This document shows, piece after piece, positions 1 through 9,643 of a stretch of 64,000 nt of DNA. Numbering within the stretch: the stretch's first letter is position 1; each line of letters opens with the position of its first letter. Where the stretch lies: NCBI GenBank assembly GCA_963845565.1, contig CAWJSJ010000002.1, positions 288,001-352,000 of the forward strand, given 5' to 3'. Source of the DNA: an uncultured Methylomirabilota bacterium. Its GTDB lineage: Bacteria; Methylomirabilota; Methylomirabilia; Methylomirabilales; 2-02-FULL-66-22. A program made the translations under genes and the position numbers. The notes under the pieces were generated by a model. It did not search any database. It was not told the origin of the DNA and saw only the letters and a program-made list of their open reading frames with translations.

Positions 1-2
1 AT

Positions 3-614
3 CTCGGGAGTGGCGCAGGGGCCGGAGCGCTGGTGCTGGCCGAGTGGTTCAATGCGCCGGTGACGGCGGTGGACTTCTCGCGCACATTCCTCGGCGAGCT
101 GGTGCGCCGCGCCAAGGCGCGGGGGCTGGGGCATCTCGTTCGGACGGTTGAGGCCGACTTCGGGGCGCTGGACTGGCCCGCAGGATCGATCGACCTCTTG
201 TGGTCGGAAGGGGCCGCCTACACCCTGACCTTCGCCGGCGCCTTGACGGCCTGGCGGCCGCTCCTGGCACCGGGCGGGGTGGCGGCCATCTCGGAGCTGA
301 GCTGGTTCATGGACGACCCCCCGGAGCCCGTCAGGGAGTACTGGCAAAACGCCTACCCGGCAATCGGGAGCGAGAGCGAGAACGCCGCGCGGGGGCGAGC
401 TGCCGGCTTCGAGGTGCTCGGCGTGCATCGCCTGCCGGAGCAGGCATGGTGGGCCAACTACTACGACCCGCTCATGGCGCGCATGGATGTGCTGCGGCCG
501 CATGCCGACAGCGCCATGCAGGCGGCGATCCGGGAGACCGAAGCCGAGATGGAGCTGTTCCGGGCCTTCGGGGATGCCTACGGGTACGCCTTTTACGTGT
601 TGCGGGCGGCCTGA
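3..614 (+). CDS. Class I SAM-dependent methyltransferase (5' end lies outside the window)
   Basis: Frame is open from the window edge and reads LGSGAG (motif I), then VTAVD, ADFGAL and DLLWSEGA. Confidence 0.85.
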   Translation, partial: LGSGAGAGALVLAEWFNAPVTAVDFSRTFLGELVRRAKARGLGHLVRTVEADFGALDWPAGSIDLLWSEGAAYTLTFAGALTAWRPLLAPGGVAAISELSWFMDDPPEPVREYWQNAYPAIGSESENAARGRAAGFEVLGVHRLPEQAWWANYYDPLMARMDVLRPHADSAMQAAIRETEAEMELFRAFGDAYGYAFYVLRAA

Positions 615-658
615 GTCCGCGTGCATCGTCGTCCGGTCAACGTGGAGAGGGGCGCGCC

Positions 659-2014
659 ATGAATGCCGACAGCCTGTACACTAGCCTTCGGGACGAGATC
701 CGGCAGATCCGGCTGGTGGATGCCCACAACCACCTGCCCACCGAGGCGGAGTGGCTCGAGCGGCCGGAGACGTTCGGCTACGCCCGCGACTTCACCGCCT
801 TTCTCGGCTATGCGCGCGGCGACCTGGCCAAGGCGGGCATGCCGCTGGATGCCCTGGCCGGCTCGCTCACGGCCCCCGAGAAATGGGCGCGCATCCGTCC
901 CCACTGGCCCTACATCCGCTACACGGGCCCCGGGGCGGTCTGCCGTCGGGCGCTCGGGATGTTCTGCGGCGTGGACGACCTGACCGACGAGACGATCCCC
1001 GTCATCGGGGAGCGCGTGCAGGCCCTGTGGCAGCGGGGTGCGTACCGGCGCCTGTTCGCCGAGCAGGCCCGCATCGAGGTCATCGTCAATACCCGGAACG
1101 TCGAGCCCGTCACCGAGACGTATGCCGATTCATTCATGGCGCCTCTGTTGTACAGCGACCTCTTCACGCTGACCCAGAGCCGCCGGGACATCGAGCGGCT
1201 GGAGGTCGCCTCGGGACAGGCGATCTACTCGCTGCAGACGTTCCTGCGGGCGGTGGATACCGTGCTCGAGCAGGGCATCACGCGGCGCGGGTGGGTCGGC
1301 ATCAAGTGGCACAAGGTGCCGTACCTGCGCCCGCCCGACTACGGTCCCCCGGACGCCCGGGCCGCCGAGGAGCGGCTGGTCCGCATCCTGCGCATGCCCG
1401 CCAAGGGAGGGCACGGCTGGGATACCCCCGTCGGATTGGACGAGATGCGGCCGTTCCAAGACTTTCTCCAGCACCACCTGGTGCAGCAGGCCATCGAGTG
1501 GGACGTGGCGATCCAGATCCACACCGGCCAGCTCGGCAGCAGCCAGGGGGCGCAGATTTCCCACACGAAGCCGAGCCACCTGGTGGATCTCTTCCTGCAA
1601 TACCCTCGCGCCCGGTTCGACCTCTTGCACGGCAGCTTCCCGTACTCGGACGAGCTGGGGGCGCTGGCGCAGCTGTTCGCCAACGTTTTCATCAACATGG
1701 CCTGGATGGAGGTCGTCTCCCCGGATGCGGCGAGACGGTATCTGGGTGAGTGGCTCACCTCGATACCATCCAACAAGATCTTTGCCTTCGGCGGCGACCA
1801 GAAGAGCCCGTTCCTGGTCTGTGCTTCAGCCGAGATCGTGCGGGACAACCTGGCCGAGGCCCTGGCGGCGAAGGTGGCCCGCGGCGAGATCTCGCGGACA
1901 CACGCCATCGACATCGCTCGCTGGTACCTGCACGACAACGCCTGGAACCACTTCCAGCTCGAGAAACGGTGGGCCAACATGCTTCGAGGTGTTGAAAGGG
2001 AGGGGAGCCGTTAG
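659..2014 (+). CDS. Amidohydrolase-superfamily protein
   Basis: ATG at 659 after GGAGAGG; DAHNH metal motif, QIHTG, LLHG, FGGD. Confidence 0.8.
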   Translation: MNADSLYTSLRDEIRQIRLVDAHNHLPTEAEWLERPETFGYARDFTAFLGYARGDLAKAGMPLDALAGSLTAPEKWARIRPHWPYIRYTGPGAVCRRALGMFCGVDDLTDETIPVIGERVQALWQRGAYRRLFAEQARIEVIVNTRNVEPVTETYADSFMAPLLYSDLFTLTQSRRDIERLEVASGQAIYSLQTFLRAVDTVLEQGITRRGWVGIKWHKVPYLRPPDYGPPDARAAEERLVRILRMPAKGGHGWDTPVGLDEMRPFQDFLQHHLVQQAIEWDVAIQIHTGQLGSSQGAQISHTKPSHLVDLFLQYPRARFDLLHGSFPYSDELGALAQLFANVFINMAWMEVVSPDAARRYLGEWLTSIPSNKIFAFGGDQKSPFLVCASAEIVRDNLAEALAAKVARGEISRTHAIDIARWYLHDNAWNHFQLEKRWANMLRGVEREGSR

Positions 2015-2283
2015 GCGATGGGCTCCGCCCGTGCTCCAGATCACGATCCGTGCCGATGGGCCTTCATTAACAGATTATGCTACGTACTTCGACGTCCCAT
2101 ATTACGGGGTCTGGCCTACGCGCGTGCATCGCCCACCCGTACCATCTCTTGTCGCCTAATCTCTTCACCCTCCCAGGGAGAAGATCGGCCGCTGAGGCAG
2201 ACGCCGCTTCATGGGAGTGAGGCCGGTGCCGGCGATCGCCCAGGACCGGTCCGGGACCGCCCCTCTTCCGCCCATCTTTCGCC

Positions 2284-2313
2284 TTGACAGCCGGCGGCAG
2301 CGTGCGGGAGACT
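2284..2313 (+). promoter_or_regulatory. Possible sigma70-type promoter
   Basis: TTGACA-N18-GAGACT, the same spacing as the promoter-like motif upstream of aorA. Confidence 0.3.
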
Positions 2314-2573
2314 CCCATCCGATCGTGACGACCCCCCGAAGGCGGGCCACGCGCAACACCGGCGGGCCCTCGGGGGGTGCGTGGGCTGGCCGGCACCCGG
2401 ATCCCGGTGCGGCCCCCAAAAGCAAGTCCCTATCACCCCCTGGTCCCGCCGATCCTGTGTGGGGCTGACCTCGCCCTGGCAAACTCGGGCTGGCTGGCCA
2501 CCACCGGGGCCCTGCTCGCGATCCTGCCGGTGCTGGCGCTGATCCTGGGGTGAGGGCAGGGAGAAGGGGCGCC

Positions 2574-3548
2574 ATGGAGTATCGTCGTCTCGGCCGCTCG
2601 GGCCTTCGCGTCTCGTGCCTTGCTCTCGGCACCATGAACTTCGGCGACGCCACGACGTCGTCCGATGCCGACCGGATCGTCCGGACCGCCGTCGAGCGGG
2701 GGATCAACCTGCTCGACAGCGCCGATGTCTACGCCGGGGGTGAGAGCCAGCGCGTGGTCGGGGGCATCCTCGCGGAGGCCGGCCTGCGCGACCGGGTGCT
2801 GCTCACCTCGAAGGCGTGCATGCCCGTCGGTGAGGGACCCAACGACCGAGGCCTGACGCGCCGCCACGTCGTGGACTCCTGCGAGGCGAGCTTGCGCAGC
2901 CTGCGGACGGATCGCCTCGACGTGTTTTTCCTCCACCGGCACGACCCCGGGGTTCCCGCCGACGAGGTGCTCGCGACGCTCGACCTCCTTCTGCGGCAGG
3001 GGAAGATCCTCCACGCCGCGTGTTCCACCTTCCCGCCCTGGCGCACGGTCGAGGCCGTGATGCTCGCCGAATGGCACGGCTGGCCCCGGTTCACCTGCGA
3101 GCAGCCGCCCTACAACCTCGTCGATCGGCGGGCCGAAGTCGAGATCCTGCCGATGTGCCAGGCGCTCGATCTCGGCGTGCTGGCCTGGAGCCCGCTCGCG
3201 CAGGGCGTGCTGGCCGGCCGGTACGCGCGCGGAGCCGGTTTCCCGGCGGGCAGCCGCGCGACCCGGAAGCCGGTCTTCGCCGACCGGGTGAGCGACGCGG
3301 CGATCGAGACGGCGGAGCGGCTCGCTGCGCGCCTCGCGCAGTTCGCCGTCGCCTTCGTGCTCGCCCGGCCCGAGGTCACCGCCGCGACCATCGGGCCGCG
3401 CACCCCCGAGCAGTTCGAAGAGCTGCTCGGAGCGGCCGACCTGCGGCTCGGCGCGGACGAGATGGCGTTCTGCGGCTCGCTCGTAGCGCCGGGGCGGAAC
3501 GTCTCAAACCACTTCAACACCGCCTCATGGATGAACGAAGGAGGCTGA
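2574..3548 (+). CDS. Aldo/keto reductase
   Basis: MEYRRLGRSGLRVS, LGTMNFG, DSADVY, EQPPYNL, WSPLAQG. Confidence 0.9.
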   Translation: MEYRRLGRSGLRVSCLALGTMNFGDATTSSDADRIVRTAVERGINLLDSADVYAGGESQRVVGGILAEAGLRDRVLLTSKACMPVGEGPNDRGLTRRHVVDSCEASLRSLRTDRLDVFFLHRHDPGVPADEVLATLDLLLRQGKILHAACSTFPPWRTVEAVMLAEWHGWPRFTCEQPPYNLVDRRAEVEILPMCQALDLGVLAWSPLAQGVLAGRYARGAGFPAGSRATRKPVFADRVSDAAIETAERLAARLAQFAVAFVLARPEVTAATIGPRTPEQFEELLGAADLRLGADEMAFCGSLVAPGRNVSNHFNTASWMNEGG

Positions 3549-3579
3549 ATGAAGGACGGCTATTTCCACCGTTACGGGG

Positions 3580-3820
3580 GGGGACCGGGCCACATTCAGC
3601 ACGGTGAGAGGATCCGCTGCCAGGTGGCGGCCGCGGCCGCACCTTGGGCTGCCGCACGGTAGACGTTCTGGGGGCGGATTCCCAGCGGCGCGGCCAGCGG
3701 GCGCCCGGCGTGGCCCAGGACCGTCACCCAGAGGTAGGCGATCCCCGCCCGGGCCCGACTGACCCGGGCCGTCCGGCCCCCCGAGACCAGGGCCGCCGGT
3801 GCAATCCCCAGGGACGCGCA
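3580..3820 (-). pseudogene. 3' remnant of a RAYT-like tyrosine transposase (C-terminal HTH) with a GGGGAC end
   Basis: LGIAPAALVSGGRTARVSRARAGIAYL aligns by eye with TGISGAELRSGSKARHISGARKLFCQI of the intact gene at 38683-39702; GGGGAC at 3580 matches the start of that element's terminal repeat. Confidence 0.55.
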
Positions 3821-3840
3821 GCCGGGTCTCGTAATACGTA

Positions 3841-4032
3841 TACGTAGGCCACCAGCGCGGGATCGGCGACGAGCCCCATGCTCGCCTCGACCTTCTTGGC
3901 CTCCTCGGCACCCAACTCGCTCTCTTTGTCCGCCGAGAGCATCGCCGCTTCCGACCGGCCGCTCAAAGGATTGACGGCACACCCGGCGGCCATGGTTGCC
4001 ACGCACACGACCAGTAGACCCCCCACCACCAT
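3841..4032 (-). pseudogene. N-terminal fragment of an M48-family lipoprotein peptidase
   Basis: Lipobox AAGC followed by AVNPLSGRSE...ESELG...DPALVAYV; similarity stops there and no HExxH follows. Confidence 0.55.
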
Positions 4033-4193
4033 CGCGGCAGTTGGCAGAGCAAGAATTGGAGCGTCATATATCGCCGATCCGTTCGCCTCTGGCCACGGCC
4101 CCGGTATCACGTATCCGGTATCCGGCTCCCCCTGTCCATGATCCCGCATTTCGGCAGGGGCAGCGTGGGCGCATTGCCAAATGACGCCGACGA

Positions 4194-4475
4194 CTATCCG
4201 CCCCCGCGCAGGAAGCCGCGGTGGAAGCGCTCCATGAAAGCCTCCGCTTCCGCCTCCGAGCATCCCGCCAGGACGATCTCGACGCGGTGACGGGGAAAGA
4301 CCACGGCGCCCATTCGACGGTCCGCCAGGGGCACCAGACGGATGGTCCAGTCCCGATCCCCGCCGGACCGCCGGACCGTGTCCCCGTTCACCACGAATGG
4401 TCCGATGACCGCGAGCAGAAGGCGGAAGAACTCCTCCCGGTTGAGGCTCATCTCCAGGCTTCGGTGGAAATCCAT
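4194..4475 (-). CDS. aorE: Small AOR-associated protein ending in GGG (AorE-like)
   Basis: Last gene of the aor operon; C-terminus FLRGGG. Confidence 0.6.
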   Translation of the reverse strand: MDFHRSLEMSLNREEFFRLLLAVIGPFVVNGDTVRRSGGDRDWTIRLVPLADRRMGAVVFPRHRVEIVLAGCSEAEAEAFMERFHRGFLRGGG

Positions 4476-4730
4476 TCAGCCTCCGGCGATGGGGGGCCAG
4501 ACTGCCAACGCCTGGCCGTCCGACATCGCACGCGTCGCGCGGTCCGGCCGGGCCACCCACACGCCATCGATCAGCACGATGGCGCACAGCGCCTCGGGAA
4601 CGCCCTGGCGCCGGATCACGTCGAGGACCGTGGTGCCCGGGTCGACCTCGAGCTCGACCTGGTGGCTCGACCGCGCCTCGGCCGGGAGGTGACTGGCGAG
4701 GGAGGCGAACAGCTTGAGCGTGATCTTCAT
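4476..4730 (-). CDS. aorD: MoaD/ThiS sulfur-carrier protein (AorD-like)
   Basis: 84 aa, MKITLKLFASL...WPPIAGG. Confidence 0.88.
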   Translation of the reverse strand: MKITLKLFASLASHLPAEARSSHQVELEVDPGTTVLDVIRRQGVPEALCAIVLIDGVWVARPDRATRAMSDGQALAVWPPIAGG

Positions 4731-5971
4731 ACCGCGTCGTAGGCAGCCGAGAGGTAGGCCTTCATGATCTGTGCGGGCTCGTTCAGCAGCCGCTGCTTCC
4801 AGGCCCCCAGCCGGAGCCGTCCCTCGATGAGCCCCCGGAGTGCGCCGACGTGCTCGGAGAAGCCCACGCAGTTGGCGCCAATCAGGCGGTCGCCGTCGAA
4901 CTGCAGGTTCAGGTAGCGGTACCGGGACTCGTCCAGCACTTCGGCGGATTCTCCGCCCGGCACGCCCTGCCACTCCCCGAACGACGAGGAGACCAGGCCA
5001 AGGGTCGTGAGCACGTTGAAGACGAAGCTGCCCTTGAAGCGTGCCGGCCGGCCGGCCATATTCAGCGCCGCGATCCGGCCCTGCTCCACCGCATTTGGCT
5101 GGATGGCGTTCAGTTGCCGCTTCCCGGTCAGACAGTCGGTGGATTCAGCCACGTCGCCGGCCGCGTAGACGCCGGGAATGCTGGTTTGCAGATGGGCATC
5201 GACCAGAATGCCCTGGCCGATCTCGATGCCGCTGTCCGCCAGGAAGTCCAGGTTCGGATCAACGCCGACGACGCTGAGGTACACATCGGCGGGAAGAGCC
5301 CGGCCCCCGCCCAGGTCCACCCGCAGCGCGCCCCCATTCACGCTGAGCGCCTTGGGCTGGGTCCGGGTGAGGACCTTCACGCCCTTGGCTTCGCACCACC
5401 GCTGGATCAGCGCGCTGGCCGTGGGGTTCATCATCCGGCGCACCATGTACCCGCTGCGGACGAGGATCGTGAGGTCCACGCCGCGTGAGAGCAGGCCCTC
5501 CATGATGATGCAGCCCACGAACCCCGCTCCCATTTGCACGATGTGGCTGCCCGGCCGGGCCCTGGCGATGATGGTCCGGGCGTCCTGAAGAGTCCAGCAG
5601 GCTTGGACGCCCGGGAAATCGATGCCTGGAATCCGCTCCCGGCTCGGCCGGGAGCCCGTGGCGATGAGCAGGCGATCGTAGGGAAGGCTGCGACCGTTGC
5701 CGACGTCCACGGCGCGACCGGCCGTGTCGATGGCCTGCGCTCGGGCCTGCACCAGCGTGATGCGCAGCCGGTCGTAGTGGTTCGCATCCTTGCGGATGTG
5801 GGTTCCCGCCTCGTCTATCTCCCCCTTCAGCAGGTAGGGGATCGCCATGCGGGAATACGGCGGCTCGCCTTCGCCGCAGAGCAGTGTGATCTCCGCGGCA
5901 GGGTCGGCCTTCCGCAGGGTCTCCCCCGCGACCACGCCCGCGGGACCGCTTCCGATGATGACGTGCCTCAT
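4727..5971 (-). CDS. aorC: FAD/NAD-dependent oxidoreductase subunit of AOR
   Basis: IIGSGPAG, LLIATGS, GAGFVG, YAAGDVAE. Confidence 0.88.
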   Translation of the reverse strand: MRHVIIGSGPAGVVAGETLRKADPAAEITLLCGEGEPPYSRMAIPYLLKGEIDEAGTHIRKDANHYDRLRITLVQARAQAIDTAGRAVDVGNGRSLPYDRLLIATGSRPSRERIPGIDFPGVQACWTLQDARTIIARARPGSHIVQMGAGFVGCIIMEGLLSRGVDLTILVRSGYMVRRMMNPTASALIQRWCEAKGVKVLTRTQPKALSVNGGALRVDLGGGRALPADVYLSVVGVDPNLDFLADSGIEIGQGILVDAHLQTSIPGVYAAGDVAESTDCLTGKRQLNAIQPNAVEQGRIAALNMAGRPARFKGSFVFNVLTTLGLVSSSFGEWQGVPGGESAEVLDESRYRYLNLQFDGDRLIGANCVGFSEHVGALRGLIEGRLRLGAWKQRLLNEPAQIMKAYLSAAYDAV

Positions 5972-5988
5972 GGGAGGCCCCGTGCCTT

Positions 5989-7839
5989 TCACACGCCGAG
6001 TCGCGCGCGCGTCTCGGTGGTGGGCACACCCTCAGGACTCCACCCCCGCACCCGGTAGTACTCCGGCAGCATGGTATTGAGTTTCGACGTCGCGCCTTTC
6101 TGCGAGCCCGTCCGGGCGGCCTCATTCATCAGGCGCGGCGGCAGGTTGTCGTCCTTGCAGGTGAGCCCGGCGGCGAGATTGAATTCGCGCTCCATGTTCC
6201 AGATGCGCTCGCCGACGAGGAGCAGCCGCTCCGCGGACCAGTCACCCTCGCAGGCCGCTTGGATTTGCGGCTGGATGTCCGGGAGACCCCAGGCGAAGGT
6301 GGTGAACAGGCAGAGGCCGGAGGAATCCACCGCGGCGGTGAGGTCCTGGAAGGCCTTCAGCATGGCGGCCTTCCCCTCGGTGGCCTGGGGCTCCATCTTC
6401 ACCGGGAGGCCGAGTACTTCGGGCGACACCATGTAGCCGCGCAGATGACAGGCTCCCCGGTTGCTGGTGGCGTAGGCCAGACCCATGCCCTGCAGGACTC
6501 GGCCATCGTAGGCAGGGAACTCCTGGCTCTTGACGGTCATCGAGAGCTCGGGCCTGCCGTACTTCGCACAGAGGCGTCTCGATCCAAGTCCGATCGCCTT
6601 GCCGAACCCCTCGCCCTTCGCCGTCATTTCCGCGAGCTTCACCAGGGCCTCGGCGGATCCGAAGGGCAGCTCGAAGCCGACCTCCGCTTTCGTGAGAATA
6701 CCCAGCTCATAGAGCTCCATGGCCGCGCCCACGGTGGCGCCGAACGAGATGGGGTCGAAACCATCCTCGTTGCAGAGGAAGTTGGCGTAGGTGAGGGCCT
6801 CCAGATCCGACACGCCGGTGGCGGCGCCCAGAGCCCAGGCGGCCTCGTATTCCAAGCCGCCGGAGGCGCCCTGATACTGGGGCTTGTCCTTGACGCTGAA
6901 GTGCCCGGGGTCCATGCGGGAGATGCGGCCGCACGCGATGGTGCAGCCGAAGCAGGCGCCTTTGGTGACAAGGTTCGCCTTCCCGTCCGTGGGCCGCTTC
7001 TGGTGCATGGCCTCGGCCGAAATGGCCGGCGCCCCTTCGAATTGCACGTCGCGATGGTTGCGGGTCGGCAGCGCCCCCAGCTCGTTGATGACGTTCATCA
7101 GCACCTGCGTGCCGTAGGTGGGAAGTCCCTGCCCCGTCACACCATTCGCCGCCAGCACCTTCTTGCCGGCCTCGGTGGCCGCGAAGAACGCCTCCGGGTT
7201 CGCAAGCTGGTAGGCGTCAGTCCGGGTGCCGCGCACGGCCACGGCCTTCAGGTTCTTGGAACCCATCACCGCACCCACGCCCGACCGGCCGGCCGCCCGG
7301 TGCAGGTCGTTCACGATGGCGGCGTAGAAGACGCGGTTCTCTCCCGCCCGTCCGATGGCCGCCACCCGGATCTGCGGGTCCTGGTGGAATTTCTTGATCT
7401 GCTCCTCGGTCTCCCAGACGGTCTTGCCCCACAGATGGCCGGCGTCCACCAGTTCGGCCTGCCCGTCCGTGATGAGCAGGTAGACCGGTTTCGCGGAGGC
7501 GCCCTCGACGATCACCATGTCCCAGCCCGCGAACTTCAGCTCGGCGCCGAAGTAGCCGCCGGAGTTCGAGCAGGCGATGGCGCCCGTGAGCGGCCCCTTG
7601 GTGACGACGGAATAGCGCCCGCCGGTGGCGGCCATGGTGCCTGTAAGCGGCCCGGTCACGAAGATGAGTTTGTTGTCCGGCGAAAATGGATCGACCTTCG
7701 GATCGATCTCCGAGACGAGGTACTTGGTGGCGAGGCCGCGCTGGCCGAGGTAGTCATAGGCCCACGCCATGTTCAGCGGCTCGGTGGTGCAGGTGCCGGC
7801 CTCGAGGTTCACGCGAAGGACGTTCTTGGTCCATGCCAT
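5989..7839 (-). CDS. aorB: Tungsten aldehyde oxidoreductase catalytic subunit
   Basis: SNSGG, AAGRSGVGAVMGSKNLKA, CFGCTIAC, EYE, RGACH. Confidence 0.95.
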   Translation of the reverse strand: MAWTKNVLRVNLEAGTCTTEPLNMAWAYDYLGQRGLATKYLVSEIDPKVDPFSPDNKLIFVTGPLTGTMAATGGRYSVVTKGPLTGAIACSNSGGYFGAELKFAGWDMVIVEGASAKPVYLLITDGQAELVDAGHLWGKTVWETEEQIKKFHQDPQIRVAAIGRAGENRVFYAAIVNDLHRAAGRSGVGAVMGSKNLKAVAVRGTRTDAYQLANPEAFFAATEAGKKVLAANGVTGQGLPTYGTQVLMNVINELGALPTRNHRDVQFEGAPAISAEAMHQKRPTDGKANLVTKGACFGCTIACGRISRMDPGHFSVKDKPQYQGASGGLEYEAAWALGAATGVSDLEALTYANFLCNEDGFDPISFGATVGAAMELYELGILTKAEVGFELPFGSAEALVKLAEMTAKGEGFGKAIGLGSRRLCAKYGRPELSMTVKSQEFPAYDGRVLQGMGLAYATSNRGACHLRGYMVSPEVLGLPVKMEPQATEGKAAMLKAFQDLTAAVDSSGLCLFTTFAWGLPDIQPQIQAACEGDWSAERLLLVGERIWNMEREFNLAAGLTCKDDNLPPRLMNEAARTGSQKGATSKLNTMLPEYYRVRGWSPEGVPTTETRARLGV

Positions 7840-7851
7840 GGCAGTCGCTCC

Positions 7852-8328
7852 TTACACCGCCGCCGCGGTCGTGTCGGTCCTGCCGGCCCACTGGCGCATC
7901 TTGCCGAGGCCGGTCCAGTCCGCGTCCACGTAGGTGATGGCGCCCGTGGGGCACGCCTTGGCGCACGCCGGCGCTCCGCCGCAGAGATCGCACTTCTGCA
8001 CCTTGCCCGTCTGGGCCACGTAATTGATGGTGCCGAAGGGGCAGGCGATCGTGCAGACCTTGCAGCCGACGCAGGTGGGCTCCAGCACGATCTTCGCGCC
8101 GGTCGCGGCGTCTCGCCGGATGGCATCCACCGGACAGGCCGTCATGCACCAGGCCTCGTCGCACTGCGTACAGGTGTAGGGGACGAAGCGCCCCTCGTGG
8201 TGGAAGGTGAACACCTTGATGCACGATTTCGCGGTCGTGAAGCTCCGGTAGTTCTCCCAGGTGCACGCCATCTCGCACTGGAGGCAGCCCGTGCACTTGT
8301 TGGGATCGAGGTGGAGGGATCTCTGCAT
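7852..8328 (-). CDS. aorA: 4x[4Fe-4S] electron-transfer subunit of AOR
   Basis: Four Cys clusters: CTGCLQCEMAC, CTQCDEAWCMTACP, CVGCKVCTIACP, CDLCGGAPACAKACP. Confidence 0.92.
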   Translation of the reverse strand: MQRSLHLDPNKCTGCLQCEMACTWENYRSFTTAKSCIKVFTFHHEGRFVPYTCTQCDEAWCMTACPVDAIRRDAATGAKIVLEPTCVGCKVCTIACPFGTINYVAQTGKVQKCDLCGGAPACAKACPTGAITYVDADWTGLGKMRQWAGRTDTTAAAV

Positions 8329-8374
8329 GGCGGGACCTCCTGTGGGGGCTGTCTGGAACCGGCGGCCGTGAACA

Positions 8375-8620
8375 GGTGGTAGGAATTTGCGTTTGAGGGC
8401 CCGGCGCGACGATCGGGACGCCGGGGCTCCCCCGAGGCCGCCGGCGCGCCGGTCTGCGCCTCGCGGGAGGTGACCAGCCGCTGGGTGGGAGTATCGGGCG
8501 CACTTGACCCGGATGTCAAGGGCAAACGGGGATCACCCGGTTGCCGGGGGGCCCACGCCCGGACCGGGGCAGGCCGCTTCGACCAGTGCAGGGCGGAGCA
8601 CAGGGCCAGGTGGCGGAGAA
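8375..8620. repeat. Intergenic repeat family, copy A; minus strand carries TTGACA-N18-GATACT facing aorA
   Basis: Shares CCCCCGAGGCC, GCGCCTCGCGGGAGGTG, CCAGCCGCTGGG, GGGAGTATCG and TGTCAAGGGCAAACG with copy B. Confidence 0.85.
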
Positions 8621-8667
8621 TCGTCTCGATTACGGCCGGCTGTCATATTTGGGGTCAGTGAATGGGG

Positions 8668-9612
8668 TCAGGCTTCGATAATTTGCTTTTGGCCGGACGG
8701 CAGTGCTGCCAGGATGGTCGTCACGACGAGCAGGCCCCAGATGCCGACGGCCGCCGCGACGTACATCCCGCCGAGAAGCATGTTGAATCCCAGCGCATGC
8801 ATGACGAGGCCGACGGTCGCTTCCGCCAGGACCAGGAGGCCCGCCCCCGTCGCGGCCCCGAGGATCGCGGCGTGTCCGCGGCGTGTCCGCCAGGCGTGGA
8901 TGACCAGGGCGGCGATCAGGACGGCGGCCACGCCTCCGAGCACGCGGCGCGCCGGCGCGAGCGCGCCGGAGACCTCGGCCGCCTCCGCGACGAGGCCGTA
9001 CAGCGGCCACCCCAGACATCGAGCGATGGAGCCGACGTCCGCGACGAGCACCCCGCTCACCAGCACGAGGAACGTCGCGACGAGGGCACCGAGGGCCAAC
9101 CTGGCGAAGGGGTCGCGGAACGAGAGCCGGTCGGGCAGTCCGGGATCGTGGCGACGAGCCCCGGCCACCGCCCACGCCGCCAGCACGAGGGCGAGCACCA
9201 TCAGCGCCGAGCCGACATCGACCGCCGCGATCGCTGGAGGCAGACCGGTCAGGACCGCGAAGGCCCCGAACACGACCACTGCCAGCACCAGCCCCATGGC
9301 AATCGCCGGGGGCCGGCTCAGCCAGGTGATGGCGCGATACCTGCGTACGCCCACGATCGCCGCCGCCAGGATGAGCGGGGACGTCAGCACGGCGAAGAAC
9401 CGGTGCGTCGTCTCGATGATTGCGCCCACATTGGCGGGCGGGATGATCTGCCCGTAGCACCGGGGCCAGTCGGGACACCCCTGGCCCGATCCCGTCACGC
9501 ACACGATCCCCCCCATCACGATCAGGAGGTACGTCATCGCGGAGGCAGCCGAGAGCAGAGCGTAGAAGCCTCTGCGGACGACGGTCCCGCCCATCGCTGC
9601 GTCAGTGGTCAT
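8668..9612 (-). CDS. COX15/CtaA (heme A synthase)-like membrane protein
   Basis: GSGQGCPDWPRCYG, IETTHR, about 8 hydrophobic segments; ATG at 9612. Confidence 0.8.
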   Translation of the reverse strand: MTTDAAMGGTVVRRGFYALLSAASAMTYLLIVMGGIVCVTGSGQGCPDWPRCYGQIIPPANVGAIIETTHRFFAVLTSPLILAAAIVGVRRYRAITWLSRPPAIAMGLVLAVVVFGAFAVLTGLPPAIAAVDVGSALMVLALVLAAWAVAGARRHDPGLPDRLSFRDPFARLALGALVATFLVLVSGVLVADVGSIARCLGWPLYGLVAEAAEVSGALAPARRVLGGVAAVLIAALVIHAWRTRRGHAAILGAATGAGLLVLAEATVGLVMHALGFNMLLGGMYVAAAVGIWGLLVVTTILAALPSGQKQIIEA

Positions 9613-9643
9613 GGCGCCCTCCCCAGAAGGTCCGTCCCCCAAG

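Noticed and set aside
200..658. N-terminal extension of the 604-aa ORF
   Set aside because: Overlaps the methyltransferase in another frame; ATG 659 has an RBS and starts the recognisable domain
2390..2553. Hydrophobic reading YHPLVPPILCG...LALILG*, resembling a permease C-terminus
   Set aside because: Too short and degenerate to assign
6259..8382. Long antisense ORFs (for example 707 aa here, 755 aa at 57131, 729 aa at 20994)
   Set aside because: Shadow frames of real high-GC genes with no motifs
8515..8545. AGGGCAAAC resembling the start of a c-di-GMP-I riboswitch
   Set aside because: The downstream GACGCAAAG and second stem are missing; it overlaps the reverse-strand -35 box
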